A stretch of DNA of 64,000 nucleotides from Eledone cirrhosa (GCA_964016885.1 OZ024752.1:10974001-11038000), one strand, 5' to 3'. Positions 12,684-26,271 are shown, counted from the stretch's first letter. Notes: generated by a model from the letters alone, not told the origin. Translations and numbers: made by a program.

Positions 12684-12739
12684 ACTGCTATATATATTTC
12701 GATGATAGCCATTGAATGGCTATGACCTCATCAGGCAGT
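12684..12739 (-). ncRNA. Type I hammerhead ribozyme motif
   Basis: Minus strand: actgc CTGATGA ggt-c-atagccat/tca/atggctat-c-atc GAAA tatata TA gcagt. Helix I is 5 bp, the core is intact and helix III is palindromic. Confidence 0.8.
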
Positions 12740-12871
12740 TAGTCAGTTCTTAGATATGCCAGCTCTGTGTTTATAATGTTGATGGTATCAGAGCCTTGGG
12801 ACATATGAGCTTGTTAGGAATAATTTAATGTTATATATATACATATAACACATATATATATATATATATAT

Positions 12872-12975
12872 AACAAAGAAAGTGTGGTAAAGAACCAGGT
12901 GGACCATAACGCACCAGAGTACTCGATACTTAGGGTAGTAGAGTGGATAATAGGAAAAGATTCAGGACTCCGATG
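12872..12975. repeat. Repeat family C fragment (Penelope pLTR-like); also at 26118-26273, 31514-31710 and 31761-31955
   Basis: Shared sequence accaggtggaccataacgcacca(g/a)agtactc, always abutting (TA)n. Confidence 0.75.
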
Positions 12976-13239
12976 CATGCGGCAGAATAAGTGGACAGAT
13001 GTGCTTGTGTGTAATCGAAACCACATCTCTCGGGTGCCAGATGACATGGTTAATCATTATGCTAAAGACGTTTGTTTACAGTTCTAGCAATACTCTTTAA
13101 AACTGTCTCAACAGATGTTGCTGGTGACTCGTGTCTATATAGCGGAGTGATTAACCAGCTTTCCCTTTTTCGCTCACTTCTGAGAGTGCGATTCATAGAG
13201 AATCGACGGGGCAGAGTTTTCAAGTGCTATTTTCGGCGG

Positions 13240-13350
13240 GTCTAGTTAGAAGCAACCGTCTCCAACCAATTCGGCTGGTTTCCCAAGCTCATGGATGTTA
13301 TCCAACTATCTTGCTCGGGGTCTACGGCTGGGTGTCATGCCAGTTACTTT
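13240..13350 (-). mobile_element. RTE LINE 3' fragment
   Basis: Homologous to 63025-63060 (gatgttatccaactatcttgctcggggtctac), reading RPRAR*LDNI on the minus strand. Confidence 0.5.
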
Positions 13351-13804
13351 TGCCTTTAAAATCTCTCTCTCTCTCTCTCTCTCTCAGCATACAAACTGGA
13401 CTCAGCGTTTCGAAAGTTGAATCCTTAGTTAGCTATGGATGTGTTGATATTTTAAAGCCTTTATTTGATGGCGTATGTGTATGGAATGTAGTTTAGTAAC
13501 GAACTCACAATACCGTTGAATTTATCAATGTCGTGTTTTATTCTAAATATCAATAACATGTGTTGTTTGTGTTAATATGTAGTGAAAATATAGTGTAGTA
13601 TTTGTTTTGGTTATCTAATGAGTGTATCTGCAATCATTATAGCCAATTGCAAATAAATCGGCAGGAATATAGGTTAAAGCTAATTGAAGAGAATTACTTC
13701 GTTAATAAAGTTCATAAAGTCACAAATATCCACGTTTAAAGGACTCTCTAAGTTCTGATTTCTTGGCATATACTAAGTCGGTATTATATAGGAATAGTAT
13801 TAGG

Positions 13805-14550
13805 GTGGTGGATAGGCAGAATCAGTGGAACAACGGACACCATGCTTTGCCGCATAGAGTTACGGCCCTTTATGTTCTGATTTCAAATCCCGACGAGGTT
13901 AGCTTTGCCTCTTATCCTTACAGGTTCGATAAAATAAAGCACCAGTAATGCACTGGGATCAATTTAATCTTCTTTCCCCTCCCCTAAAATTATTGGCCTT
14001 TTACATCAATTAGAAACAAAGGTGGTGGATTGGAAGAATCGGTAGGGGGTTGGACGCCATGCTTTGCTGCATAAAGTTACGGCCCTTTACGGTTTGAGTT
14101 CAAATCCCGCCGAGGTTAGCTTTGCCTTTCATCCTTATGGTGTCGATAAAATAAAGTACCAGACACGCACTGGAGTCGATTTTATCAACTTTCCCCTCCC
14201 CACCCCAAATTGCTGCCCTTGTGTCTATATAAGAAACCATTATTAGTAGTTCAAATCCCGTCGAGGTTAACTTTGCCTTTCATCCTTACCGGGACGATAA
14301 AATAAAGTACCAGTAATGAACTGGTTAATTGCTGGCCTTGTGCCAAAAGTAGAAACAATTATTAGTGCGATTGGCAGTACCGGTAGAGGGTCGGACGCCA
14401 TGGTTTGCAGCAAAGAGTTACGGCCCTTTATGGTCTGAGTTAAAATCCCGCCAAGGTTAACTTTGCCTTTCATCCTTACGGTATCGATAAAATAAAGTAC
14501 CAGTAATGCACTGGGTAATTGTTAGCCTTGTGCTAAAAGTAGAAACAATT
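13805..14550 (+). mobile_element. Four head-to-tail SINE family A copies
   Basis: Four copies of the B box and core, starting at ~13805, ~14021, ~14248 and ~14368. Confidence 0.85.
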
Positions 14551-14868
14551 GATTGTGCGAGAATTAAGACATCTCTGACACGTCTATATAACGTTTAACG
14601 TTTTTGGAATCTAATGCTTTAAAAGTAGAAATGCAGCTATAAATCAATTGAATTGTGTATATAGCATTGTATTTATTTTAAATCCCACTAACCCAAGTAA
14701 TGCTTACTTTAATCATTATTCCACTGGTGTGTGTTAATGTCTGATCCAATATCTTAGTTGCTGGGTGGTTCTGGTAACATCACCGATATCAGAATAATTA
14801 ATGTTGATTAATCTACAAGAGTGATTCTTAATAAGAGATTTATCCTTTTATCTATATAATTAGACAAA

Positions 14869-14917
<49 letters not shown>

Positions 14918-15048
14918 GATAAATCTACCAAGAGTTTACGGTAGTGTCCAATCCGTATGAAGAACTCAATGTAATCCGGATATCATGGAAAGAAGAGATG
15001 CAATGAAAAATCACTTTCGGTGAAAGATAAACGGAATACAGAGTCAAG

Positions 15049-15468
15049 ATAAAATATTAAAAAAATAATGAATAAAACAATGAAACAGTTCCTTATATTA
15101 AACAAAAAAAGTTCATTATTTAACGATCGTTTCTAGGATATATATGTGTTAGAATTGGCATGCATATTCAACAGATCTATGTACAAAATTATACAAAATT
15201 ATACAAACTATCAAAATTAAATATACATACCAACACATATATATGCCGTCTTCAGAAATAAATATTATTTCTGAAGACGGCATATATATGTGTTGGTATG
15301 TATATTTAATTTTGATAGTTTGTATAATTTTGTATAATTTTGTACATAGATCTGTTGAATATGCATGCCAATTCTAACACATATATATCCTAGAAACGAT
15401 CGTTAAATAATGAACTTTTTTTGTTTAATATAAGGAACTGTTTCATTGTTTTATTCATTATTTTTTTA

Positions 15469-15477
<9 letters not shown>
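15049..15477. repeat. Perfect 429-bp fold-back palindrome (213-bp arms, 3-nt spacer) containing a hammerhead-like motif
   Basis: Centre tcttcagaaataa-ata-ttatttctgaaga; the arms are exact reverse complements; the right end abuts (TA)n. Confidence 0.95.
15264..15411 (+). ncRNA. Type I hammerhead-like motif with a long helix II (mirror copy on the minus strand, 15115-15261)
   Basis: attattt CTGAAGA cgg-c-atatatatgtgtt...aacacatatatat-c-cta GAAA cgatcg TT aaataat. The first helix II pair is a C.A mismatch. Confidence 0.6.
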
Positions 15478-15501
<24 letters not shown>

Positions 15502-15649
15502 CACAAACTAGTACATCGTTCCTGTGTCAGTGTTGAACAAAAAGCTGACGTGGTTGCCTGAGCACTGTACGGCGTAATTCGGGCTGTTTGTTTGTTGACA
15601 AACAAACAAACCGAGCATTATAATAGATGTTCGGTAAACCGATACGTGC

Positions 15650-16387
15650 ATATATATATGTGTGCATGTATGTATATATATACATACTACTGTACGTCTG
15701 TATACATATATGTATGTACGTATACAGATATATATATATATATATCTATATACGTATACAGATATATATATATTTTTCTATATATATATATATCTATATA
15801 CGTATACAGATATATATATATTTTTCTATATATCTATATATATCTATATATATATCTATATATATATATATATATATGAATATAGATATAGATATAGATA
15901 TATATATATCTATATATATATGAATATAGATATAGATATAGATATATATATATCTATATATAGATGAATATAGATATAGATATAGATATATATATATCTA
16001 TATATAGATGAATATAGATATAGATATAGATATATATATATCTATATATAGATGAATATAGATATATATATATATATATATATATCTATATATAGATGAA
16101 TATAGATATAGATATATATATATATATATATATAGAGATGAATATAGATATAGATTATATATATATCTCTCTATATATATATATATATGAGAGATATATA
16201 TCTCTATATATATATATATATGAGATATATATATATATAGATATATATATATATAGATATATAGATATATATCTCTATATATATATATATATGAGATATA
16301 TATATATATAGATATATATATATATAGATATATAGATATATAGATCTATCTATATAGATATATAGATCTATCTATATAGATATATAG

Positions 16388-16418
<31 letters not shown>

Positions 16419-17234
16419 TACATATATATAGATATATACATATATATATAGATATATACATATATATATATAGATATATACATATATATATATAGATATA
16501 TACATATATATATATAGATATATACATATATATATATAGATATATACATATATATATATAGATATATACATATATATATAGATATATACATATATATATA
16601 TAGATATATACATATATATATAGAGATATATACATATATATATATAGATATATACATATATATATATAGATATATACATATATATATATAGATATATACA
16701 TATATATATATAGATATATACATATATATATATAGATATATATATATATATAGATATATATATATATAGATATATATATATATAGATATATATATATAGA
16801 TATATATAGATATATATAGATATATATATAGATATAGATATAGATATAGATATAGATATATATATATATATATAGATATATATATAGATATATATATATA
16901 GATATATATATATAGATATATATATATATATAGTTATATATAGATAGATATATATATATAGATATATAGATATATACATATATATATATAGATATATACA
17001 TATATATATATAGATATATACATATATATATATAGATATATACATATATAGATATAGATATATACATATATATAGATATATACATATATAGATATATACA
17101 TATATATATAGATATATACATATATATATATAGATATATATATATATGTATATATAAATATATATTTATATATATAGATATATATATAGATATGTATATA
17201 TAAATATATATATATAGATATATATAGAGATATG

Positions 17235-17268
<34 letters not shown>

Positions 17269-17410
17269 GATAGATATATATACATATATATATAGATATA
17301 TAGAGAGATATAGATAGAGAGATATAGATATATATAGATAGATATAAATATAGATAGATATAAATATAGATAGATATATATAGATAGGTAGATATAGATA
17401 TATATAGATA
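15650..17410. repeat. Long compound (TA)n/(TAGA)n microsatellite
   Basis: Direct inspection. Confidence 0.97.
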
Positions 17411-17597
17411 ATTGTTTCTGCTTTTGGCACAAGGACAGCAAATACCCAGCACATTACTGGTACTTAATTTTATCGACCCCGTAAGGATGAAATGCAAAGT
17501 TAACCTCGACGGGATTTGAACTCAGACCGTAAAGGGACGTAACTATGATGGAAAGCATTGCGTCCGACCCACTACCGATACTGCCAATTCACCGCCC
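17410..17597 (-). mobile_element. SINE family A, full length
   Basis: Reverse complement of head (ggcggtg..ttggcagtatcgg), B box, core and tail. Confidence 0.88.
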
Positions 17598-18289
17598 TGA
17601 TATATACTTTATATATATATAATGAAGTAACATTATACATATATAATGTTACTTCATCAAAGAATTCAAAGATTTTAGTTAGCATATCAGATAACTATAT
17701 AATATTTCTATATTATTCCGTCGTTATTTGTTACATTTCATGTAGACTTAAATTTGTTAGCATTCGTTTAATATAATATATATATATATATTGCGATATC
17801 TCCATGATCTGTTTCACTACAGATATTCTGTAGATAATCTAGCCCATGACGTCATTTAACAATTCATAATGTTTCATATTATCTCCAACCGATTAATGTC
17901 GTAATTTCGGTTCTGTGAACATTTTGAAAAGATATGTTATTTATAAATAATCTGCGACACTGTATTACTATGGTCTCGTAATATTGATTTGATCGATCAC
18001 AAATATGAGTTTCTCTAACTCAATATTTCTGGAGGAAGCAAATATGGAGAAAAAAAAATCAAAAGATCCACACTTCCTGGCATAATTGATTGCAGAAAAT
18101 TTATATTGTGGTACGTTGTTAAAGTGAAACACAACATAGTTGAAGAAAAGATTAGATAAACATGTCTTAAAATGACAAACATCGTCAATTGTACATTTTC
18201 ACTTTCTCACCTAACGCCTGGATGTTAATAGTTCCTCTTCTATCTAAGGAACGGACAAACATATCCAGGCCCATAGCAATACAAACTAT

Positions 18290-18600
18290 AGTTATTACAA
18301 CTCTCCAAATATCGGTCGCACTCCGACAGTTTTGCGGTCGAGCCCTTACCAGTGGAGAATCCTCTTGTCCTTGGCCCTAGGGCTACCTCCCTACTCAGCA
18401 CCATAGGCGCTGAGCAGGCTAGCCGCATGGCTCTTCCAGAGCATCTCCCTTACCATCCTCCGGTGAAACGCCTGCTCCATTCTGGCCGCCGGGGCCGTGG
18501 GGCCCCATTTACTCACAATACAGAGATATTGCGAGGGTGAGAGAGATGAAGGCGATGACAGTGGGAGTTCGGCTCTTCTGTGTCCAGACCTGGCGTGTAG
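18290..18600. repeat. Old GC-rich repeat family D, probably a LINE 5' region; copies in the opposite orientation at 20840-21085, 34120-34410 and 36420-36490
   Basis: Shared ggcgttt..ccggaggatggtgagggaga and ccctagggcca(t/a)ggac motifs. Confidence 0.6.
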
Positions 18601-21600
18601 CATCAGTTGTCCGTAAGGCGGTAGTGATTCATCTCTCTCTATATATATAAGTATTATATTGAACTGCTTCCTATAGCAGAGAATATATAACGGGATACCA
18701 AGCTTAACTAATCATTATATGTGATTTGCTTTCTGCTTCTGAATTTGTTTTCTATTTTAGTTATTGCAACAACAAAATCATTCGGGCAACTACAGATACA
18801 ATCCAATAGATAGAACACGCAATAATACTCAGGCCGATCAAGTCATAACTTCAGCTGCTTAAAGCTGACCTATGTCCTACAGGTATTTACGAGTAGAGCG
18901 AAGATCCATGAGATCGTATGTGTGAATGAAATGACCAAAGATTTCATAATGAAGTTAATCAAATTCTTCACCATATTTTCACTACATATTTACACAAGCA
19001 ACACATATCGATATTTAGAATAAGACAAGACATTAGTAAATTATTCGGAACTGTGAGTTATTTCCTATACTACGTTGAATGCACATGCGTCATAAATACA
19101 TGTACTATCAACACATCCATGGCTAACTAAAGAATCAACGTTCGAAATACTGTAACAAATAGAAGCTAAATAACCCTGTAAATTAATCGTACTAGTGACA
19201 GAATCCTTACTTGTTGGAAGTCATACAACACTGCATAATTCATGGAGAACTAGTAATCATGTGGTAACCATATAATCAGCGTTGGATTTAAGCCTTGTGC
19301 TCTCTGGCGCACTTCAGATTTTTTTGGAGGGACACATACACAAAAAATGACCAGCCACACGGGTTACCTATTTAGGATGCAGTTGGCTTGGGAAACATGC
19401 GCCAATGTCATGGCTTCAATGGGATTGCTCATGACTCAACTTGGTCAGAGCCACATTGGTTCTACACAACAACAAATATATTACATTAAACCAGCTTAGT
19501 ATAATTTAAACACTTAAAGTGTGTGACCCTGAAGTACATGGTCTTTAGTTTTTAGATGTTAGTTAGATGGTGCTATTAAGTTAGATATGGCCTGGGTCAA
19601 TACTGGTCGAAACCTATCAAATTATATCTTCAACACTATCAACTTAGATATAACTCATCTATACACACGCCGCATGTCTCTCCTTGCGGTGCGATCCATC
19701 ACAGCGTAAAGTAAACACTATTTCTCGGCTAAAACGAAACGGTCGTTTTATTGTTCACGCTAGAATTAACAAAACAAAAGTAAGTTGCTCTGCACATCCA
19801 ACTTAATAATATGAACTTTGTATAGCATTAAACACATCAGTAACATCCAAATAAGTGTACACATGCATTAAACCTGCTTGACTCTTATCTTATCTGAGGT
19901 TAACAGACACTCCGTGCCAAAACATGCAATGGCATCACACGAAAGATAATAGACAACGAAGTTAATGCTATGTTAATAATTGCTTCGAACATCAATATAA
20001 ACATTATGCATTCTAAATAACCTTTCACCGCTCATCAAGTATAAGTAGAATGTATATGACGAAACACGCATAAACCCACTGGACATCTACTCCAAATAGC
20101 ACTCCTTACAAAATCAACAACACATACTACTTAATCACAATAAGAAACGAGAGACTTCGTCCCCCAGCCTCGCTATCCCAAAACGTCCAAATCATGCACA
20201 CTTGACACACTAGGTACCACAAATAGTAGGTTTTGTTTTAAAAGGCATTCTTGACGTTTTATCTCATGTATGTTAGGGAGGTATGGCGTAAGATTTCTCA
20301 GAAGTGGAAAATGTCTATGAACCCAAGTTAGCGGATGAGTGTATGGGTGAGTTTATTACATAGTTTTAAGTTCTAGTATCAAAATCGAACAAGTTAAAGC
20401 AAAGAACGTTTTAATCTTATTAGCCCTCCCAGCAAATCGTGTTTATCTCATTTGGTAACATAAAATGTGTTCAATATGTAGAGGAATCATGGAAATATAA
20501 TAAATATCAAAAATATTACTGACTAGGGAATACTTGAAATGAGCGTTCTGCACTCAAAATAAAACGTTTATCTTCTCATATAGATGATATATTGAGTTGA
20601 ATAACTTCGATAATCGACAATTATACAAGCAATGCATACAAAACTGTTCTAGTGACAACTACAATTGTATTAGTGATAGAGTGCTTACTGTTGGTAGCCA
20701 CATAACACTGCATAATTCATAGTGAACTAGTAACATTGTGGTAACTATGTAATGGCTTTCTGAGAATTAGAAAAAACTGTCCAAGGTTCACAATACATAA
20801 AACCAGTACAAAATACTTCATCAATGCTGATAGAGTCACCGTCTCAGTCTGTCTCGCTCTCCCCATCTCTCACTATTATACGCAAATGGAGCCCACACGC
20901 TGGCCACACCGCGACCCCGGCTGACAACAGAGAAGGCGTTTCTCCAGAGGATGGTGAGGGAGACGCTTTGAAGAGTCAGTCCAACTCGCTAGGTTCACAC
21001 GTGTAGGTAGCCAACTCTGTGCCGATGGCCGTGAGGAGATCCCAGGGCCATGGAGAGAAGAAGTATCCACTGTAATGGCTACATTTTGGAATAATTTCAC
21101 CACTCTTACAATACAATGAAGATGTCATCATCATGTATTTAATTTACAAGCTGGCTTCTCCCAATTTGGAGAATACAAATATTAGTTTAGTCGCCTCGCC
21201 CACAAACCCCGGCATCGAAACCCACATCGCAGAAGAACGTGAAATAAACAAATACCGGTGTGTGTCAGGCCGCTTCCTCTTCGTACCGGTCGCCGTAGGC
21301 CGCCCTCCTGAGGAAGGGGCCCCACGAGGCTGGATGGCTGTTGCAGCGGGTGTCGCTGTCCGGGGGAATTATTTTTCCTGATTTGTGCTTGCCCTAAGCC
21401 CAAACCACCTCCCCCTCTCTTCTTCGACACCAGAGCTCTTTTCATCCCCTCGCTTTCCCGTTCTTTTTCCTTCTCTTTTGTTTCTATATTTCCCTATTAT
21501 TTATTTCCTTGTGTTTCTCCTTTATTTATTTTTTCTTACTAAATAAAGTTTGTTTCTTTTGCATTCATTAGTTTAGTATTGACAATGCGGATTTAATATT

Positions 21601-21714
21601 TAATTTAAAGCGGGAAATGTATCGAAATAACTTCAAAATGTATTAGACCAATATCGTAACATCATTTTGGGGGCAGTACACATTTCCCTTTAAGATCAAC
21701 CCACAATTATAAAT

Positions 21715-22150
21715 AATAGTTTCTAATTTTTAGACAAGGCCAACACTTTTACCCAGAGCATTACTTGTGCTAACGCCACAATTATAAATAATTGTTTCTA
21801 CGTTTTGGCACAAGGCCAGCAATTATCCCAGTACATTACTGGTACTTTATTTTATCGACCCCGTAAGGATGAAAGGCAAAGTTAACCTCGGCGGGATTTG
21901 AACTCAGATCATAAAGGGCCGTAACTCTTTGCTGCAAAGCATAGCGTCCGACTCTCTAACGATACTGCCAATCCACAATTATAAATAATTGTTTCTACTT
22001 TTGGCACAAGGCCAGCAATTACCCAGTAGATTACTGGTACTTTATTTTATCGACCCCGTAAGGATGAAAGGCAAAGTTAACCTCGGCGGGATTTGAACTC
22101 AGACCATAAAGGGCCGTAACTCTTTGCTGCAAAGCATGGCGTCCGACCTA
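21715..22150 (-). mobile_element. Tandem SINE family A copies separated by a repeated target-like sequence ccacaattataaataat
   Basis: Two near-complete copies plus a tail fragment; the spacer is repeated at ~21702, ~21777 and ~21974. Confidence 0.85.
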
Positions 22151-22586
22151 AGATTATAAATAATACCAATGTGTTATTTCTCATTTTCGCAATATTGTAA
22201 TCTAGGCGATCATACGTCGGACCATTACACTATTAAAGCACTTTCATTTAAGAATTTTTTTTGGCATTCAATGATACTTTTCCTCATCTATTTCTTGTCA
22301 TCTCAACGTGTTTTATTACAGATTGTCATTAATTTATCAGAATACCTGGCATATCCCAGGATGAAAGTAGCAGCAAATAAGCAGGAATTAATCTTAATGA
22401 CGAATGAACGGTTTAATAAAACGGTATTTAATTACACTTGAAAAGTGAAATTTAACTAAATGGATATCCACTCCGTTTATATTTGAAATTCTCAACTATA
22501 AATTATAGTGATTAACTATTTTAATTATAGACGTTTGTTGTGAAAGGCAGACATTTCAGACATATATATATATATATTTATATATA

Positions 22587-23484
22587 CAGGGTGTTCGGGA
22601 TAAATTTGACAGTTTCATCAGGAAAAAGAAAAAGTGCTTGGTATCTATAAAATTTATTTGGTTTAAAAGAAATTCAATGGAGAAGGAAATTACACTATTG
22701 TCAAAGAGTTTTACTCAAAATAACCTCCATTAGCGTCTATTACAGCCTCAATCCGGGCCCGGAACCTAGAGCAAGCTGATTTTACACTTTGCCTGGGAAG
22801 GCCCTCAAAAACTACTTTAATTCTGTCGATTAACTGGGCTTTTGTAGTACTGGCACGGCGATTGGTGTCTTTCTCTACAGCGCCCCATACATAATAGTCC
22901 ATCGGGTTAAGATCAGGGGAGTTCGGAGGCCAAACATTGGGACTGGTGTAGTCGTAAAACTTGGCTGACAACCATTTTTGACTTTTCCCCGAGGTGTGGC
23001 AGGGGGCCGAAACCAGCTGCCATACATACGGCCTATTATTGGCTACCCTTGTTATCCAGGGCTTCAATTCATGCGACAAAGACCGAATTCCGATGCCAGG
23101 GTCCTCCAACACTTTTTTCTGCAGATTTTCGAGGAATTCTGCTGTGCGAGAGCAATCAGATCTTCTGTTATGTTTCTTTCTTCTAGCCACAGCCTCGTAG
23201 TCGCCATTGCAATTCTCCAGTTCATGCCGGATTGTTTTTACAGTGTTCAGGGAACATTGAGCAGCGACCATAATCTCCTTATTTTGATGGCCGGCGCGAA
23301 TCATCATGATACAAGTTATTCTCTTCCATGATTCAGGTGGCTCCCAGTCATCCATTCTCGTTGTCATCACATATATGAATGAAGGGGGGTTTAAACTTTC
23401 AAATAAAGCCTAGTGGGCATGAATGAATTTAAAACATCTGAAAAAACAACCAAATATTATTCTGTCAAATTTATCCCGAACACC

Positions 23485-23487
<3 letters not shown>
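22587..23487 (-). mobile_element. Internally deleted Tc1/mariner superfamily transposon of DD37D (maT) type, with 26-bp perfect TIRs and TA duplication
   Basis: TIRs cagggtgttcgggataaatttgacag (22587-22612) and ctgtcaaatttatcccgaacaccctg (23462-23487), with TA on each side. Confidence 0.93.
22711..23370 (-). CDS. 219-aa truncated transposase ORF: N-terminal HTH fused in frame to the C-terminal half of the catalytic domain; predicted catalytically dead
   Basis: WPPNSPDLNPMDYYVW motif. WQLVSAPCH corresponds to QQDSAPxH with the Asp lost; 37 residues lie between that position and the final Asp. The first-Asp region is deleted. Confidence 0.75.
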   Translation of the reverse strand: MMTTRMDDWEPPESWKRITCIMMIRAGHQNKEIMVAAQCSLNTVKTIRHELENCNGDYEAVARRKKHNRRSDCSRTAEFLENLQKKVLEDPGIGIRSLSHELKPWITRVANNRPYVWQLVSAPCHTSGKSQKWLSAKFYDYTSPNVWPPNSPDLNPMDYYVWGAVEKDTNRRASTTKAQLIDRIKVVFEGLPRQSVKSACSRFRARIEAVIDANGGYFE

Positions 23488-23554
<67 letters not shown>

Positions 23555-23555
23555 A

Positions 23556-23745
23556 TTGACTCACATCAAATCGGACCGAGGAAACAGTGTTTACGTTGGC
23601 TTTCCATTTGTTAACACACTGTATCTGTTGCAACTCCAGGTAGAAGGAGCAACGTGAAATAGAGCGTCTTGCTCAAAGACATAACGCATCACCCGGTTCA
23701 GAAATCGAACTCACAACTACACAATTGCGAATCCAATTCTCTGAA
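23556..23745 (-). mobile_element. tRNA-derived SINE family E (CORE/V-like central domain); other copies at 33640-33885, 33905-33970, 34915-35125 and 62600-62802
   Basis: Reverse-complement B box (aatcgaactc) and gtgtcttgctcaagga-type motif; gtcaaatcggac..aggaaaca shared with the 34915 and 62600 copies. Confidence 0.7.
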
Positions 23746-23751
23746 ATAGTG

Positions 23752-23972
23752 ATGTATAGTATATTTGGCAATATACCGTATGTTTAATTAAAGGCGGGGA
23801 CTACATTGTTCTGAGCATCACCAACAGTGTGAAACAGAATCTGCTAGCTTCTCCCCCTTCCATTGCCGAAAAAAGAAGTAAGTGACATAGTCACTACTTT
23901 AAAAATGGTAGCGCAAGGTCTTCAAAATGTTTTTAATTAAACATACGTTATATTGGCAAATATACTATACAT
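23752..23972. mobile_element. Small MITE-like element with ~40-bp imperfect terminal inverted repeats
   Basis: atgtatagtatatttggcaatataccgtatgtttaattaaa versus tttaattaaacatacgttatattggcaaatatactatacat. Confidence 0.6.
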
Positions 23973-24038
23973 TCAATCATGTATACATCGCTATTTCAGA
24001 GCACCAATCCAAATATATATATATTTATATATATATAT

Positions 24039-24197
24039 AAGAGATGCAATTTTATTTTTAGTTTTATTATCAAGTCTGATAATCAGAGTGATGATGGTGC
24101 CGGGTTTATAAAACGAAAATGGATATTGAGCCACCCATCTGTGAAACGTACGTATCTGCTCGATAATCAATAAAAACATTAATGTTAAAAACATAAT

Positions 24198-24228
<31 letters not shown>

Positions 24229-24390
24229 AAAGAGAGATACAATTTTATTTTTAGTTTTATTATCAAGTCTGATAATCAGAGTGATGATGGTGCCGGGTTT
24301 ATAAAACGAAAATGGACATTGAGCCACCCATCTGTGAAACGTACATATCTGCTCGATAATCAATAAAAACATTAATGTTAAAAACATCAT

Positions 24391-24428
<38 letters not shown>

Positions 24429-24592
24429 GAGATACAATTTTATTTTTAGTTTTATTATCAAGTCTGATAATCAGAGTGATGATGGTGCCGGGTTTATAAA
24501 ACGAAAATGGACATTGAGCCACCCATCTGTGAAACGTACGTATCTGCTCGATAATCAATAAAAACATTAATGTTAAAAACATCATGTTACAA

Positions 24593-24600
<8 letters not shown>
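24039..24600 (+). repeat. Three tandem ~190-bp units separated by (TA)n, each with a degenerate hammerhead-like motif
   Basis: Unit contains ctgataatcagagtgatga...catctgtGAAAcgtac(g/a)TAtctg...aataaaa. Confidence 0.9.
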
Positions 24601-24643
<43 letters not shown>

Positions 24644-25191
24644 TCAACAGTCCAACTGTTTCTCAATCCAATCTCGATCTCACATCATCTCATCCTACCT
24701 ACTGATACAAAACTCTCCTAACCTTATTCCCAATGTCTCTGCCTTCCTAGGCTGTACAGCCTGGACAAGGAGTTGGCTTCTCACTTCATCCAGCATGAAT
24801 ATCATCCCACCAAGAACTATTTACCTGAGCCTTTGAAACTGACCCCCAACTTATCCCTTTCACCGTGCGACTGCCCTCACTATGCAACTTATTTTCCCCC
24901 TCACTTAAATCATTTCTAGTTTAACACTGCGGTGCTCTGAACTTTTTGCTTCCAAACCCTCATTTCTGACCGCATCACATTCCGTTTATTTCCTATTTAT
25001 ACGTGTGCGTTTATCTGTATGAGAGGTCAGCTCAGACGCAATCTCACTCACAGCAGCCAGTTTTCGTACGGTCTACCAAACATCTCACACCCCAAAACGC
25101 ACTCACACATACAGTCAGCCACAAGCACATGTTCACTTAAAACGTACAAGAATGATCTTCCTAATAAGCCCCTCTAATTTCTAAGATATCC

Positions 25192-25700
<509 letters not shown>

Positions 25701-25895
25701 GCATTAGTTGATATGTGACATTTTTTGCGAGGTATGGTGTTGGTGGCCATAGGGAAGTCCCTTGCAAGAGGATGAAACCTTCGCGTCCGTGATATTTATG
25801 TTTAAGTATAAAGCGATGGCATCACTCGAAACCGAGTTGAAACCACCATCACGTAGGCATGTAAGTATACGGCGGGATGAATTAATTATAGTCCC

Positions 25896-25950
<55 letters not shown>

Positions 25951-26271
25951 AGACGTGTATATCCGGGTAACCACAGTAAGTAAGGTACTCAATAAATAGA
26001 AGAGTATAAATATTTAATATAGAAATGGTTTCTACAAGATTAGAACTGTTTCATTCCAGAATGAAACAGTTCTAGTCCTGTAGAACCGATTTCTATACTA
26101 TATATATATATATATATATAGGAAAAGTGCCAGGACCCCGACGGCCATTTCAACGACTAGATCCGAACTAAGCCAGTAGTATTAGAACGGTGGGTATCTA
26201 GCTGAACTTATCAAGTACCGAGTACTCTGGTGCGTTATGGTCCACCTGGTATCTAACTACACCTTCTTTGT

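Noticed and set aside
21180-21560. CpG-rich patch as a promoter island or structured RNA
   Set aside because: No adjacent gene or recognisable RNA motif; it ends in a pyrimidine tract plus AATAAA and is more likely a retroelement end.
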